A DNA stretch of 64,000 nucleotides, taken from Octopus sinensis (taxonomy: Eukaryota). This document shows, in pieces, positions 39,606-54,093 of this stretch. Every line of letters begins with the position of its first letter. The stretch's first letter is position 1. The stretch spans positions 22,258,001 to 22,322,000 of the forward strand of contig NC_043014.1 of the NCBI RefSeq assembly GCF_006345805.1. Reading direction: 5' to 3'. A program made the position numbers and the translations under genes. Below the pieces are notes generated by a model. It had not been told where the DNA came from, did not search any database, and saw only the letters and a list, made by a program, of their open reading frames with translations.

Positions 39606-39799
39606 AATTATTACGATGACATGCATATTTAGATATCATTTATTATATAATATAAATATCCAATTATAATTTATCGCCACGTTATATACATGCATGTGTT
39701 ATATATGATATGCTATTAATATTACAGATAAAGTTTGTATGTTTATATTTATGTAATATATATAAATTATATATTATAGATATTAAATACTTTTTATAT

Positions 39800-39984
39800 C
39801 ATCATGATAGATCGTTAGCCACTACACACATTTTTTTCTCTCCTTGTTTTCTTTGTCCCTTTCTGTAGAAGAACGTACGCTCGAAACGTAAAAGACCTTT
39901 TCTATTCCTGAGCGTTATACTAATACATCTGTTTGTTTTGTACACCACCTGTCTTCGTCTTTTGTTTCTTTCGTAAACTCTCCC

Positions 39985-39987
<3 letters not shown>
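39800..39987 (+). mobile_element. Second copy of the PLE-terminus-like repeat, with hammerhead-like motif (39855-39896)
   Basis: gtccctttCTGTAGAagaacgtacgctcGAAACGTAaaagac; homologous to 2402-2559. Confidence 0.6.
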
Positions 39988-40040
<53 letters not shown>

Positions 40041-41708
40041 GTATAAAACCATCATTTTAACGTCATTTGTAAATATATTTCAAACGTTGTGTGTGTGAGT
40101 AATTTCTGTGTGTCAGATTAAATACCAGTAGCATTAAAGGCTATCACATATTAATAGTTTTTTTGTTTGCTTTTTAATGGTGCTAGATTTAATCTTGTTT
40201 GAGATTATTCAATTATTGAGGTTTGGAAAACGTGCTAATGTTAATATCCTCAGGTCGATAAAATTAGTACCAGTTGATCGTTGGGGGTCTGTGTAATCAA
40301 CTTACCTCCCTCCCCCGAAATGACTGGCCTTGTACCAAAATTTGAAACCAATATTATCCTCGGGTGACATTCACCACCTGTGGCTCCTACATGTTAGGTG
40401 GTCTAGACATAACGGTCTTATTTGACCGAGTGTACAAATCCAGAATTGGCAGTATCTATCTAAAATATATTCTGAAGCAAGCACCATAACAAGCTTCATA
40501 TCTAGAAGCTTGTCTGTTCTCAACTAAGTTCGCAGTTGTTGACAAGCTGAAACAATAACAAGGAAAAAAATTGATTTAGTGAAAACTAATGAGCCTTTTA
40601 CAAAATCTAATGCTTTTTCTCTAGCTTTTAATAATGATAAAATGTTTTCGGTATTCCCAACGACATATTTGGTCACTAAATCAAATAGAATATCTACAAT
40701 AAAAACATTAGTTTCATAAACTGTTTCAATAATTACCACTGTGAAAGATATAATAGTGAAAATAATTATTATATAATTCAAAATGAGGGGCGGAATTAGC
40801 GAAACCCTGTGAGCAGGAGAGGAATAATGGCCTTATACACCGAGAACTTCTCAATTTTCGTATGTTAAGTAAAGCGATTGCCATTCAAGTGATAAATTAC
40901 GTGGCTCCAAGTCCTGGTAACGAAACTCTTTCTCGACTTTTTCAAATTGGTGCTTTACAATGCCTAATATCAATGTATTTAGATATTTGTGTGAATGGTC
41001 GGTCAAGCAGCAACCAACCAGTAGTTGCAATAGTAGTAGCTATGTCGTTTTGGTGTTGTAAGTAGTATTCTGGTGCGTTGTTGATGTATCTAGAATGTGT
41101 GGGTAGTTGGACATGTTAGCAGTGACTGTGTGGGTTGGAGCAGATTGCAGCTATTGAATCATGCTCTTCACATAGATGGGCTATGGTGTTTTTGATGACA
41201 AGGGCCTGAACAGTGATAAAACGCAGGATAGTTTTCCTTTGAGGATTTGCTTTAATGATGGATATGCTTATCTAAATAACAGCCACTAATATCTAACAAG
41301 GAAGTAGTAGTTGATACCCTCCACTTTGTAATGTCTTCATATTCTGTCATATAAAATTTTTACGTTATGAGGACTACATATAAAGGAAGACCATGACGGT
41401 AACTAAAGGATGTTATTAATTTGACTCAAGTGAAACCAAATACCGAGTCATCGGTAACACTATTTTAATATAGGAACAAATATAAGGGACGTGTATTGTC
41501 AGTTAACTCTAACTTAGTACTTAACTGGTTTTTAGTCGACTAAGAGGAAATTCAGGAAGACAAAGGGACATAACCAAATAACCTGTCCGGTGCTATACCG
41601 ATTCTGCTACATCAAGTACTGCTAATAGAACGGTAGTATTTGAACCCCTGACTGGAGAAACTATGATAAACAATTCAGTCAAAGATATATTTTGAAACCT
41701 GGTTGTGA

Positions 41709-41954
<246 letters not shown>

Positions 41955-42813
41955 TAGGTCAACGATCGTCATGAATAATTTGCTTCAGATCGCTGGAAAT
42001 ACTTTCACTCGACAATCTCTTGGACGATGACTATACTGTGTGCGTACGTGTGTTGTGTGTGAGAGAGAGAGAGAGAGAGAACACTAGTTCAATACCTGCT
42101 GCGTTAATCATCACCTTCCTTCCTCACTCTTTGTTTCATGTTAAACACAGATTGTATGTGTGTATCACTCCTCTGTATTTCGTGGTATTATTATGTTTGT
42201 ATATATAAACCCTTATGGCCAATAAAAGAATTATTGTTATTATTATTCAGCTAACCCCCCCCCCCCCCACGAACGTCAACAATAATATAACCGACTATGT
42301 TGAGGTGACAATCAGGATCTCCTTCACCATTGTCAACACTGCCATTGATAGTTGGGCGTGTGAGATAACAAAAATTGACTAGTAAAGGTGCTTATTGCCC
42401 TAATCTCTTATCTCCGCCTCTCTCTCTCTCAACACATCCTACCTAATGTATCGCATTCAGTACGTACTATTCATTGCACCTCTCTCTGTCTCCCCCCCTC
42501 TCTCTCTCTCTCTACATAGTGCACTTCTCTTTATTTCAGCAGTTGCAGTATGTCATCACTGCTATATTTGCATGCTTATTTTGCCTCTTGCCGTCCAATG
42601 TCTTCTAGGAATGGTAGGAAGATGCAATCATACCTGTCGCAGCATAGATGGATACAGCTACGTGCAGAGACAAGGAGTGTGTATACATATATTCCTTACA
42701 CATTATAACCGTCATTCATTCGTTGAAGTCGGTGTTAGATGGAAAGGCTTCCCCAACGGAAAGTGTTCCATTTTAACAGCTATTAGCACACTTTATTACC
42801 CACTACTCTCTCT

Positions 42814-42865
<52 letters not shown>

Positions 42866-44387
42866 GTGTGTATGTAATTCTCAATACGATTGATCATTTG
42901 AATAAAATGTTTTATATCTTTAAATTATGTATTACGTGCCAATATTCTAGGCAACTAGATGATCTGCTGTGTGAGGTGGATGAGGGGGGGTGCGTGTAGT
43001 CGTCATATTCAGTTGGTGAACGATGATGGCTGACCACGGTATTGAGCAGATACCTCATAGAGGATATACTTTACATTTACATAACCTGTCACCACAAATG
43101 TTACTGCTACAACTGCCTCTGCCGGTATTTGAACTATTTCCACGTCCTTTTTATCAATCAAATATTCTCCTATCTTAAAATATTTTACCAATATCTCCAC
43201 CAGTGTTCCATCAAACACGTCTGTCTGTCTGTCTATCTTCATTCTAATCAACTTTCACCAATCGCCACACTAACATAATATAATTTTAAAATAACACTTT
43301 CATATCTTAAGATGGGTATACCAGGAAGCGAATGATTTCTCTCAGATGTATTTTCTTCTCTTTTCATCTTTGTTATATTCAAATACCTTTTTGATGCACT
43401 ATAAACGTGGACTGTTGTGTGTTATCCAATGCATCCGCCATGTAATAAAACTGAGATTCCACTTACACATTGATAAACATCACTGAAACACATGCACATA
43501 TCTCGCTTTCTCTCCATATGTGTGTGTATACATATCTTTATGCATGCATCGAGATGTGTGTATGAATGTTTGTATGCCTGTGTATATATATAATGTGCAA
43601 TTTTGTACACATTTCTTTAAGTGTGCATGTTTGTGTGTTTATATATATATATATATATGCGTGTGTCTGTATACACGCTCGTACTCATATATATATAGCT
43701 ACAAGCATTGTGTGTGCATACATATATTCTTAGATATAAGTATATAGGTGTGTGCGTATATATATTGAATGCTTGCCGTTTATTGGGATGAAAGTGGGAC
43801 AAAGACTTAAACGGTTGATTAAGCAAAGAATGAATCAGTATTCTGTGAACCAGTAATTTTGATAACAATAAGCATTTGATAACATTATCGGTGGTTATAA
43901 GTGGTTACACAGACACTATTGAATAGGAGAGAGAGCACAAGGGTGAAAATAAAGAGCGCTCGCGTGTGCATTTGTGTATCTGTGCGTGCGCGTCCGCGCA
44001 AGCACGCTCACTCAAACCCAGGCATAATTCTAATACATAAATACACAGAGAGCTAAATATAACGTACATTAAGCACGCATTCACACGCAGACATGCTTAG
44101 GTACAAGTATACTCAGCTAAGTTGTGTATTGGAATAGTAAGAAAGAAAGATTATTTAGTTGTAAGGTCGGAAATTTAAAAGTGTTACCATTGGAGCAGGA
44201 CAGGTAGATGTATGTCATACGGCTAATATATGAACTCTGTGTGTATGTATGTGTGTGTATACATTTAAATATATATATAAGAAGAAAAAAGAGATTTAAA
44301 AAATGCAGGCACATATCAACAAAGCACGCAAATGTGATTTTCTCTATCCGTATTTTTGGTTTTGTTATAAATATACGGGTTCTCTAT

Positions 44388-44520
44388 AAAATGTCAAGCG
44401 CCGAAGACTGGGTAGGAAAAGGAGAAACACCGGCACTTGAGGTTAAAGACGGTCTTCACCAACGTAAGGCGTTGTTATCTGTTTGGTGGGATATGAAAGG
44501 TTTAATCCACTTTGAACTTT
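44388..44520 (+). mobile_element. Isolated mariner transposase fragment, inverted relative to the adjacent full element
   Basis: GLHQRKALLSVWWDMKGLIHFEL; reverse complement matches 45183-45326. Confidence 0.85.
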
Positions 44521-44685
44521 ATATTTATATATATATAATAGAAATATGTTACAAAAAGAAAATAGAAACTACACGTGGAAATGTAAGGGGAAAGTAAGAA
44601 GAAGAAAAAAAAAGCGAAAATTCCCTTTTTTTTATTTCCAATGTGCATTTTCGCTTCTTTTCTTCTTGCTTCCCCCCCCTATATA

Positions 44686-44730
<45 letters not shown>

Positions 44731-44737
<7 letters not shown>

Positions 44738-45960
44738 CATCCCATAAATAATGCGGTTTTTATACCTCTTATTTTCCAAAATTCAGATGTACAAAGTTCA
44801 TTTTAAATCTAATATATACTCTCCTTCATTTTCTACATTGCACTTCCAAAATTCAATTGTCTGTGACGAAAGATACTCAAGTACTGTCCTGTCTTCGTCT
44901 ACAAAATTCATATTTTTTCCATCCAAATGATTTTGAAGACTGGAATAAATGGTAGTTAGATGGAGCAATATCCAGCGAATATGGTGGGTGGGGCATCGTT
45001 TCCCATTCAAACTGCTCCTGCCTTTGGAATGTCATCCTTGCTGTATGTGGCCAAGCATTATCCTGATGAAAGAACACCTTTCGTCTTGAAACCAAAGATG
45101 GTCGTTTTCCTTCTAGCATTGACTTAAGCTGCTTGAGCTGCTCACAGTAGATCTCCTTTATTATCGTTTGGTTTAGGTTTAAAAGTTCAAAGAAGACTAA
45201 ACTTTTCATATCCCACCAAACAGATAACAGCTCCTTACGTTGGTGAAAACCTTTAACTTGGGGTGCCAGTGTTTCTCCTTTCCTTACCCACTGTCTTCGG
45301 CGCTTGACATTTTTATGGAGAACCCATTTCTTGTCACCAGTCACTTTTTGGACCAAAAAAAGGTTCGTTTGTGAGATGTAACAACAAAGAAGCACACATT
45401 CACTCTCTGCATGTGATTAGACTCGGAAAGTTTGTGAGGAACCCATTGATCTGATTAGCTGACTTTTCCAATGGCACACAGGTGTTGATGAATGGTTTAA
45501 CTACCAAATCCAAGTTTCTCAGCTAGTTCCTCAACAGTTACAATGGAATTTTGTTCCACCAGGGTTTGCAGGATATACTCATCGAGCTCTACAGATCTTC
45601 CAGGACAAGGCTCATCTTCTAGGCTGTAGTTTCTGGCCTGGAATTTCTGGAACCACCATTGACACTGGTTTATGCTTATTGTCTGATTCATCCCCATATA
45701 CTGCATTAATATTCCTCGCACTTTGTTGCCTTTATTGAACTCATAAAGCAAAATATACTGAATATGCGCCTTTGTCACTTCCATTATAGCTTTGAAAAAA
45801 TAATTGTTAAAATCGAACTGCATTCTTCAAAACTTACACTAAGAATAAGCACAAGGTAAAATTACTACCTGTTTTTATAGCAAGTTGATGCAGGTAGTTT
45901 ATCCTGTTCCCATCTGACTTTTAGTTCATGTAGTTGAAAAAACTACATTATTTGTGGGAT

Positions 45961-45962
<2 letters not shown>
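44731..45962 (-). mobile_element. Mariner DNA transposon, near full length, disrupted
   Basis: Imperfect TIRs ttggatcatcccataaataatgcggttttt / aaaaaactacattatttgtgggatgg; ~1.23 kb; inserted in (TA)n. Confidence 0.92.
44798..45784 (-). pseudogene. Mariner transposase pseudogene (D,D34N)
   Basis: HTH MEVTKAHIQYILLYEF..WFQKF..LEDEP; WVPH; TGDKKW; HQDNA; HPPYSLDIAPSNY; split over three frames. Confidence 0.9.
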
Positions 45963-46002
<40 letters not shown>

Positions 46003-46010
46003 ATATATAT

Positions 46011-46065
<55 letters not shown>

Positions 46066-46068
<3 letters not shown>

Positions 46069-46265
46069 TTAACTCCATTTTCCATGCTGGCATGGGTTGA
46101 ACGTTTTGACAAGAATTGGTGAGCCAGAAGACTGCATCAAGCTCCATTATCTTTTCAGGCATAACTTCTAGAGATGGATGCCCTTCCAAATGCCAACCAC
46201 TTTAGAGAGTGTACTGAGTGCTTTTTATGTGACACTGGTACTAGAGAGATCACTAAGTGCCTTGC
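46066..46265 (-). mobile_element. Family C (RTE-tail) repeat
   Basis: ccatgctggcatgggttgaacg...ggatgcccttccaaatgccaaccac. Confidence 0.7.
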
Positions 46266-47094
46266 AAAACTTCATCCCTCAAAGGATGGAGGAGGGGTAG
46301 AATTGATGGCTTTATGCCAGGTGATGAGAGCTTAAAGTGTGGTAGAGGGACAGTAATAGGTGTCCTGCTGTATGGAGAGGTACATAGGTGCCTCTGTTTG
46401 AAGATAAAAAGGATGGTGGTGAAGATGTATCATTGTAACTTTGTGTTACAGGAATGGTGAATAAAAGTGAAACAGAATAGGTGAGTAAGCAAGTTTGCGG
46501 GAGGTGTGTGATGGATGGATAGAAAGGAATGCAATGGATGGTACACACAGTTGAAGGTATTGGTCAGTTGGAGGAGAAAGTGGTGGAAGTAGGTGTGGGT
46601 CAAGGAGGTAATAGGTGGCAACAAAAATGATGTGTATGTGTGAAGATGGGATGTGAGAAAGAAATGCACAGTGCTTGGGATATAAAGGCAGGAGATGGAC
46701 AGGGGTAAGGGATTGGAGTGGGAGTATCCATTTGCAAAGGAGATGTACAAAGGAAGGAGAGGTGAAAGCATTCAGTGAAAAATAAGGTGATATGGGATGA
46801 TGCTGAGACTGCATGAGAAAAAGGAAATGATTCCATTGAGGGTGAGCTGTATGAGTAGAAGATGAAATATGTGCAGTTTTGTTTTCATAATTTCAACAGC
46901 TGAGAGAGTAGTGTCATAGTGATGGAGGGGTGAATGTTAAGAAGATGAGTTGTGGGAGGGATGGGCATTATGAGAATGGATTGTTGGGGTGGAGGTTCAT
47001 CAGGGACTGATTGGATATATAGAGCATAGACTTAAGCGACGTGCCTCAGTTTTGCTTTGATGGAAAGGTTTTCTCAAGCATAGCAAATTGCTAG

Positions 47095-47272
47095 TCATCT
47101 TGAAGCACCCACTACACTCATGGAGTGGTTGGCGTTAGGAAGGGCATCCAGCTCTAGAAACACTGCTAGATCAGACTAGGCCTGGTGCAGCCTCCTGGCT
47201 TCCCAGACCCCAGTCGAACTGTCCAACCCATGCTAGCATGGAAAGCGGACGTTAAACGATGATGATGATAAT
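47095..47272 (+). mobile_element. Family C (RTE-tail) repeat ending in (GAT)n
   Basis: gtggttggcgttaggaagggcatccagc...catgctagcatggaaagcggacgttaaacgatgatgatg. Confidence 0.85.
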
Positions 47273-47274
47273 GA

Positions 47275-47434
47275 AGTTCAAACATCTGAAGTCATTCTTC
47301 ACTACATCATCCCACATCTTCCTTGGTTTCCCTTTTCCACAGGTTCCAGCCACGTTTAACAATTGACACTTTATACAGCCCTCTTCATCTGTCCACATCA
47401 CCTGACCAGACCAGTATACTACATCTGATACCAC
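47275..47434 (-). mobile_element. RTE LINE ORF C-terminal fragment
   Basis: WSGQVMWTDEEGCIK..L.VAGTCGKGKPRKMWDDVVKND matches the RTE W.GHV.R....G...RGRP.K.W motif. Confidence 0.75.
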
Positions 47435-47669
47435 TTAATGCTTAATATGTGTGTGTGTGTATATGAGTTCTTGGCTTTGGGTAACAGAAAATACAGGAGG
47501 ATCAATTAATTATGATTTTATTCAACATATTCCCCTCTCAGATTCACTCACTTATTGCAGCAGTCCTTCAGTTTTTCTAGCTTCCAGCCAGGCCTTTCAC
47601 AATACCCTTAAAGCCAAGAACTTTTCAGCATCTCTTCATATATATATATGTGTGTGTGTCTTCTTTCAG

Positions 47670-48220
47670 TCATTGGTCTGTGGCCATATTGGGGCACTGT
47701 CTTGAAGGGTTTTGAACAAACCAACCCCAGTACTTATTTTTGAAGTCTGGTACTTATTCTATTACTCTCTATGCTTAACTGCTAAGTTACAAGGATGTGA
47801 ACAAACCAACACTGATTGGCAAGCAGTGGATGGGAATACAAACAGACACAGAGGAATATGCAGATATATGTATATATGTGACAGGCTTCCACACGGTGAT
47901 TGTCTACCAGATCCATGCACAAAGTATTGATTGACCTAGGACTACACCAGAAGATACCCAAGTGGGACTGAACCTGAAACCACATGGTTGCAAAGTGAGC
48001 ACCTTAACCACAGAGCCATGTCTTTGCCTAATATTGGTTTCGAATTTTGGCACAAGGGAGAGGGGCCAAGCCCATTACATTGACTCCATTGCTCAATTTG
48101 TATTTTATCAACCCCAAAAGGATGAAGAGAAAAGTCAACCTTGGTGGAATTTGAATTCAGAATGTAGAGATGGATGAAATGCCACTAAGCATCTTGCCCG
48201 GCATGCTAACAATTCTGCCT
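47670..48220 (-). mobile_element. SINE family B (47670-48020) followed by SINE family A (48022-48220)
   Basis: Family motifs present, with CpG decay. Confidence 0.7.
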
Positions 48221-48628
48221 TGTCTGTGCCTAATATTAAATGGCAACATACAGGTACACTACCAGTTTTCTGGCATGCTTGGTTCCAGGCCTATGCTGGA
48301 TTAAAAGGGGTTACTAAATACCAATTCAGATTATTTAGAGGGTTAGTGTTAGAATTAAATACTTACATCTTTTGATTCAGTGTAAGGAGAGTGTTGCTGC
48401 CTCCAGAAGTTTTTAATGAGTAAACCACATGTGTTGTGAATGCTTGGTAATGTTAAAGTTATTAATGATTGCAGAAAATTTAAGTGTGCCCATATAATTC
48501 TGTTTAGATTAAAAAGTAAATGTATCATTAGTAGATGAAAGATCTGTAGTATACCTTTGTGTGTGTGTATGTGCATATATTTGTATGTAAGGTATGTATG
48601 TGCATGTGTATATATGTATATATATCTT

Positions 48629-48662
<34 letters not shown>

Positions 48663-48676
48663 ATATATACATACAT

Positions 48677-49420
48677 ACTAGCAATAATGCCATTGTTGAT
48701 CAGGTAACTACTTTTACTGTTTATCGGGTCAAGAAGCTAGAAAAATGGGTAAATATCGAAGAATAGCTTTATGGAATCCAGTTGACAGCGAGGTCAAGTG
48801 GAACATCACTGTTCATATAGGAAAAGCATTGCAAGTCGTGCGTGTTCGTTTTTTATGATTTTTTTTTAGTAGACATTTTCTTGATTAGGAATATCAGTAG
48901 TAATAGTGAAATGAAATTACAAATGCTGTGTCGTCAATGTTAGTGCTGAAATTCCAATGCTATATTACAGGAATGGAAGGCAAGGCAACAGTAAGTAATA
49001 GTCCAATGAAATTATAAATGATGTGTCCTGTTAGTGAGAATTAGGTTTACTCGTCCTGTATATGTGTATTATATATAAGAGAAAAACATGTAATAATTGA
49101 AGTAGAAAAAAATATGGATTTCATATATGAACTTCTATTTGTTCTTCAAGTTGCAATCCAGCAACTTTTAGTGTTTGGCTCTGACTTTTATTAATGTTCA
49201 TGGCAAAAGAAAGTGGGATAGGAAACTGTAAGGGCTTAAATTTGAATGGGATATTAGGTAGTATAACTGGTATGTGTGGAATGAGGACTTTGTCATGTTT
49301 ACCACAACCAGTGAGAATATTTGCCTCGATGCAGTTCGTTATAGGTTTGTGCACATTTAGTTTTGCCTCCTTTGAACCATTTACTTTCATTTTATGGGAC
49401 AAACAAACACACTAACAGAC
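48677..49420 (-). mobile_element. Helitron 3' fragment carrying PIF1-helicase C-terminal coding remnant
   Basis: NCIEANILTG..VLIPHIP..PFKFKPLQFPIPLSFAMNINKSQSQTLKVAGL (PIF1 QFP..LAFAMTINKSQGQT motif); minus-strand end acctgatcaacaatggcattattgCTAG|T resembles the 3358 and 55057 termini. Confidence 0.82.
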
Positions 49421-50034
49421 AGAATCTCTCATATATATATATAGATACAATATATATACTTACTTGGAAATGGATGTTTGGCGTTCAATCAAATAATAAT
49501 ATAAATAATGTATATGCATATGTATATATATATACCCTATGTGTGTGTGTGTGTGTATATATACATACACACACACATGCATATATGGGTACAGGATGTC
49601 ACCAGCAGTAAACAACATGAAATACAAAAACAAATGAGTTCAATACGTGAACAGCTAGAGAAACAAATGGAAAACAGGGCAAGTAACATAAAAAACGACC
49701 CTTCATCAGTTGTTGGCTGTCTATCTACTCCTCCTTTTGAGCATTGGACAACAGTTTGAGTCTTCGAAGACAGTTGCTCCCATAAGTACAAAATAAAATT
49801 TGGGATTTATGGAGAGTCAAAGTTGGGAACAAAAACAGGATAATGGAGACTACAAAGAAACCAAACAAAAACAAACATAGAGAGTCGTTAGACCAGAACG
49901 AGGGTAAAATAGCAAACGCTGGGGAAATATTTTCTTTGACAAGAGAAAAGATAGAAGAGAGAGATAGGATACATCCAGTCCTTAGGACAGTCCTGAAAGA
50001 AAAGAAAGATGATCATACACACACACACACACAC

Positions 50035-50065
<31 letters not shown>

Positions 50066-50231
50066 TCTCACCTTTTCTTGTATTTATCTTATCCTATCAA
50101 CCTGTTTTAGATTGTATATGCCATGTGAGCACGACCTGAAGATTGCATGAAGGCACCAGACGTGTTATAAAATGCTGTGTTGTTTTCATTGTATGAAACT
50201 ATTAGTAGTGCATAAAAATATATCATCATCA

Positions 50232-53200
50232 TCATGGCTCAGCTTTGCGAACGAAGATCAGGAAAGCTGTCCACATCACGTGCATGCATGCTCATGACTG
50301 ACAAGTCCGATGTGGGAAAGGCAGGTCCGTGAGCAGTGTCCACAGACGAAGGTAACATCCAGTGTGATGTCAGAGGTGGCTCGCGCCTTCCTCTTGTGTC
50401 TCTTGTCTTTAAGCGCGTCTCTTCTTTGTTCCTCAAACTTGCTGACTGCGTTGAAGATCGTGTGGCGCCAGGTCTGACCAGCATTGGCGGTTAATATGGC
50501 ATGCTGTTAGAGACTTCTTGAGGCAGTCTTTGTAGTGCTTCCTCAGAGCTCATCTCACATAGTGGCCGGTGCAGAGTTCGCCAAACAGGGCAATCTTAGG
50601 AAGGCGATGGTTCTCCATTCTGGAGACATGCCTTGCCCATCGGAGGTGAGACTTCAGTAGCATGGCTTCAATGCTGGGGATCTCAGTCCCCTCCAAGACT
50701 TCAATATTTGTGACAAAATCACACCCATGTATGTTGAGGATGGTGCGCAGACATCATTGGTGGAAGCACTCGAGGAGACGGATGTGACTGCAGTAAGTGA
50801 TCCAGGTCTCTGAGCCATAGAGAAGAGTGGTGAGAACCACGGCCCTGTAGACACTGATCTTTGTTTTGTTCTTCAGGTTATTATTGTACCAAACACGTTT
50901 GTACAATCTGCCTCAGAGAGTCTATTTTCAATTACTTTATCGATCCTTGCATCGAATGAGATGATGCAGCCCAGGTATGTAAACTGCTGAGTTGATTTCA
51001 GTTAGGTACTGCAGATAGTGATGTGGGGTGGGCGGTATTCCTCTTGGGGTGTAGGTTGGTGAAGTACCTCCATCTTCTTGAGGCTGACCTCCAGGCCAAA
51101 GAGCCACGAGGCATCTGCTAAGCAGGACGTGATGCGCTGCAGAGCTCGCTCTGTGTGGATGACAAGGACAGCGTCGTCTGCAAAGAGAAGGTCTCGGATC
51201 AGCCTCTCCTGGGTCTTGGTGTGGGCTTGGAGGCACCGTAGATTGAAGAGGCTGCCATCCAGACGATACCTAACATACACCCCATCCTCATTCTCCATAT
51301 CTTCAGTTGCATTCTTGATCATCATGCTGAAGAGAGTCGGTGCCAGGACACAACCCTGCTTCATGCCGTTGGAGATGGGGAAGGGCTCCGACAGGGCACC
51401 ATTGAGTCTGATCTGACCACACTGATTCTCGTGCAGCTGGATCACCATCTGTAGAAACTTGGTGGGACAGCCAAGTCGTTCCAGGAAGAGCCATAGTCCT
51501 GTCCTGCTCACTGTGTCAAATGCTTTTCTGAGGTCGACAAAAGTAGCATAGAGCCCCCTGTTTTGTTCTTGACACTTCTCCTGGAGTTGGCGGAGGACGA
51601 ACACCATATCCGTTGTGCCTCTGTTGGCTCTGAAGCCACACTTGCTCTCGGGGAGGTTTTCTTCAGTGATGGTTGGTACTAGCCTATTGAGCAGGATCCT
51701 GGCAAGTACTTTGCCAGCGATGGAGAGTAGGGTGATTCCCTGGTAGTTGGAGCAGTCAGACTTTTCACTCTTGTTCTTATACAGGGTTATGATAATGGCG
51801 TTGCGAAGATCCTGTGGCAGCTTGCTCTGCTCCCAGCAGCAGACAAGAAAATCATGGAGCATCAGACCTCCATTCTTCCAGATTTCTGGTGGGATGCCGT
51901 CAACTCCTGCTGCTTTGCGACTCTTGAGTTGTCCTATGGCTTCAATCGTTTCTTCGAGGGTGGGTGGTTTGTTGAGCTCCTCTTTGAGTGGAAGTTGAGG
52001 AATGCGAATGATGGCAGCGTCCTGTATGGTACGGTTAGCACTGAAGAGGCTTTGGAAGTGCTTGGACCAGCAAGCGAGGATGGAGGTGTTATCGGTGAGG
52101 AGGTCCTGTCCATCTGAACTGCACAGGGGACTCTGGACCAGGTGGGTGGGTCCATACACTGCTTTCAGAGCCTCATAGAAGCCTCTATAGTCTACGAGGT
52201 CAGCGCACAGCTAGGTTCTCCATGCCAGGTGATCCCACCACTCGTTCTGCATTTCGCTGTAGGGTGCTGCATGCGTGTCGAAAGGTAGTTTTCTTTACAG
52301 GACAGGCTGGTTGTGCGAGGTGGGCCTGATGACCTACCCTCTTCTTTGCTAGATATTCCCGGATCTCCTTGTTTTTCTTCTTTGTGTGTCTGAGAACCTC
52401 CACAGATGTCTTAAGGATGGCTGATTTCAGGTTCTCCCACAAGGTGTCTGGGGTGGTGTCATCAGTGTAGGAGGATTCGTCTAGTCTTTGCTGTAGGTTT
52501 GCTTGGAACTTGATTTTCACTTCCTCCCAGCACAAGCTGTCGACATTGAGTTTCTTTACGGGGTTACCTTTCTTCTTGGGTTTGGGTTTGAACTGCAGTT
52601 TGAGCTTGCAGCATGGTCAGTGTGGCACTCTGCACTGGGCATCACTCTTGTGTGTAGAATGTCTTTCAAGTCTCGCTGGTGCACAAGCACATAGTCAAGT
52701 AGATGTCAATGTTTGGACCGGGGATGCATCCAAGTTGTTTTCAGACAGTCTTTCTGTTGGAAGATTGTGTCGTTAATAGCAAGTTGGTGCTCTGTGCAGA
52801 ACTCGAGCAGGAGGTGCCTGTTGTCATTACAGCCACCAATGCTGTGTCTTCCAAGGACTCCTTTCCAAGCCTCTGAGTTCCTCCCAACTCTTGTGTTGAA
52901 GTCGCCAAGGATCAGGACCTTGTCGTTTGCAGGGGTGTTATTCAAGAGTCTGTACAGATCAGAATAGAAGCTGTCTTTGTCCGCAGGATCTGCCAGTAGA
53001 GTTGGAGCATAAACACTGAAGAGCGTGAGATGTTGTTTGCTCTCCAGTGGTAGGCGCATGGATATGATGCGGTCCGAGTGACCCATGGGTAACGTTTCCA
53101 GTTTGGAGGTGATGGAATTCCTCACCATGAGTTCTACACCCGACACACGTTTTTCAGATGGTGGTTTTCTGGACCAGAATAGGGTCTAGCCAGTGCCACG

Positions 53201-53395
53201 TTCTTTGAGGCTGCCCTTGTCAGCGAAGCGGACCTCGCTGAGAGCTGCTATATCAATGTTGAGATGGGAGACTTCATGAGCTATGAGAGCCGAACGACGT
53301 TCCAGGCGGCTGCTGTCAGCCTTGTCAAGCATGGTCCTGACATTCCAGCAGGCAACTTTCAACTCCTGCTTACTTTTCTTCGGTTTTGTTTCCAT
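50232..53395 (-). pseudogene. RTE endonuclease/reverse transcriptase ORF with stops and frameshifts
   Basis: VACWNVRT, IDIAALSEVR, LFSVYAPT, ILGDFNTRVG, GVDGIPPE, FVDLRKAFDTV, GMKQGCVLAP, LLFADD. Confidence 0.93.
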
Positions 53396-54093
53396 GTTTG
53401 TTCGACCGCTCTGAAGATGCCCGTTGACCACGGCTAGCCAACTGGGTATAGAGGAGACAAGCTTTGTTTAGGTGAACCTTTTCTACTGCCCCTCTCCATG
53501 TGGAGCAGGCAGTGCTCTCCCTGAATAGAGCTGCCCGGTCGCTCAGGATACTGCCGAGTGGTGTTGTCGCCTCTGGGTCGACAACCAGGCGACCAAAGTC
53601 CTGACCGCCTACATGTAGGGTCGAGACTATGGCTTCCAGTGACATCTTCCACCTGCCGCTTTCGCCCCTTTCCCATCGCTGCAGGGCTTTTAGGATGGCT
53701 GGTCACAGAATGTGGACATGTCCTTTGGCCTGCGCTAGGGAGTTTTAAGGTGAAGTGCAGTGCACGCAAACTGGCCCCACCCTTTAAGCACAAGGCTCAT
53801 CTGCCATGGCCTAGCGAGCTGAGACGGTGACAGCGAGATCCTCGGGCCGTAGGTTTGAAGTCGGAGTTATCCTCTTCTAGGAGGGTTGCCAACCATGGCT
53901 GATGAGCCCCTCCTGCCCGTGCCATCCAAACCATGGCGAAAGAGAGACAGACACACGCACAAAGCACTCCACACACACGTTGTTGGATGGCCGTTGACAA
54001 CGCTGTAGTTCTTCCGCCCTTTGACAGGTCTTATTTTTTGTCCTCCAGGGTGTCCAACCAACACCCACCTCACCAAGCAAGCCTGGTGGAGTT

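Noticed and set aside
44798-45784. Domesticated transposase, given the D,D34N triad as in SETMAR
   Set aside because: The ORF is split by frameshifts, both TIR remnants remain and there is no fused domain. A single G-to-A decay explains the N.
46430-46990. Overlapping minus-strand ORFs rich in H/L/P/S (also 61600-62180)
   Set aside because: Purine/pyrimidine-skewed low-complexity DNA gives stop-poor frames on one strand, and no domain is recognisable.
49590-50170. Possible Penelope GIY-YIG remnant with ctgaaga...cagacgtg motif at 50136
   Set aside because: Protein similarity is too weak to support by eye and the GAAA box is absent; it needs a profile search.
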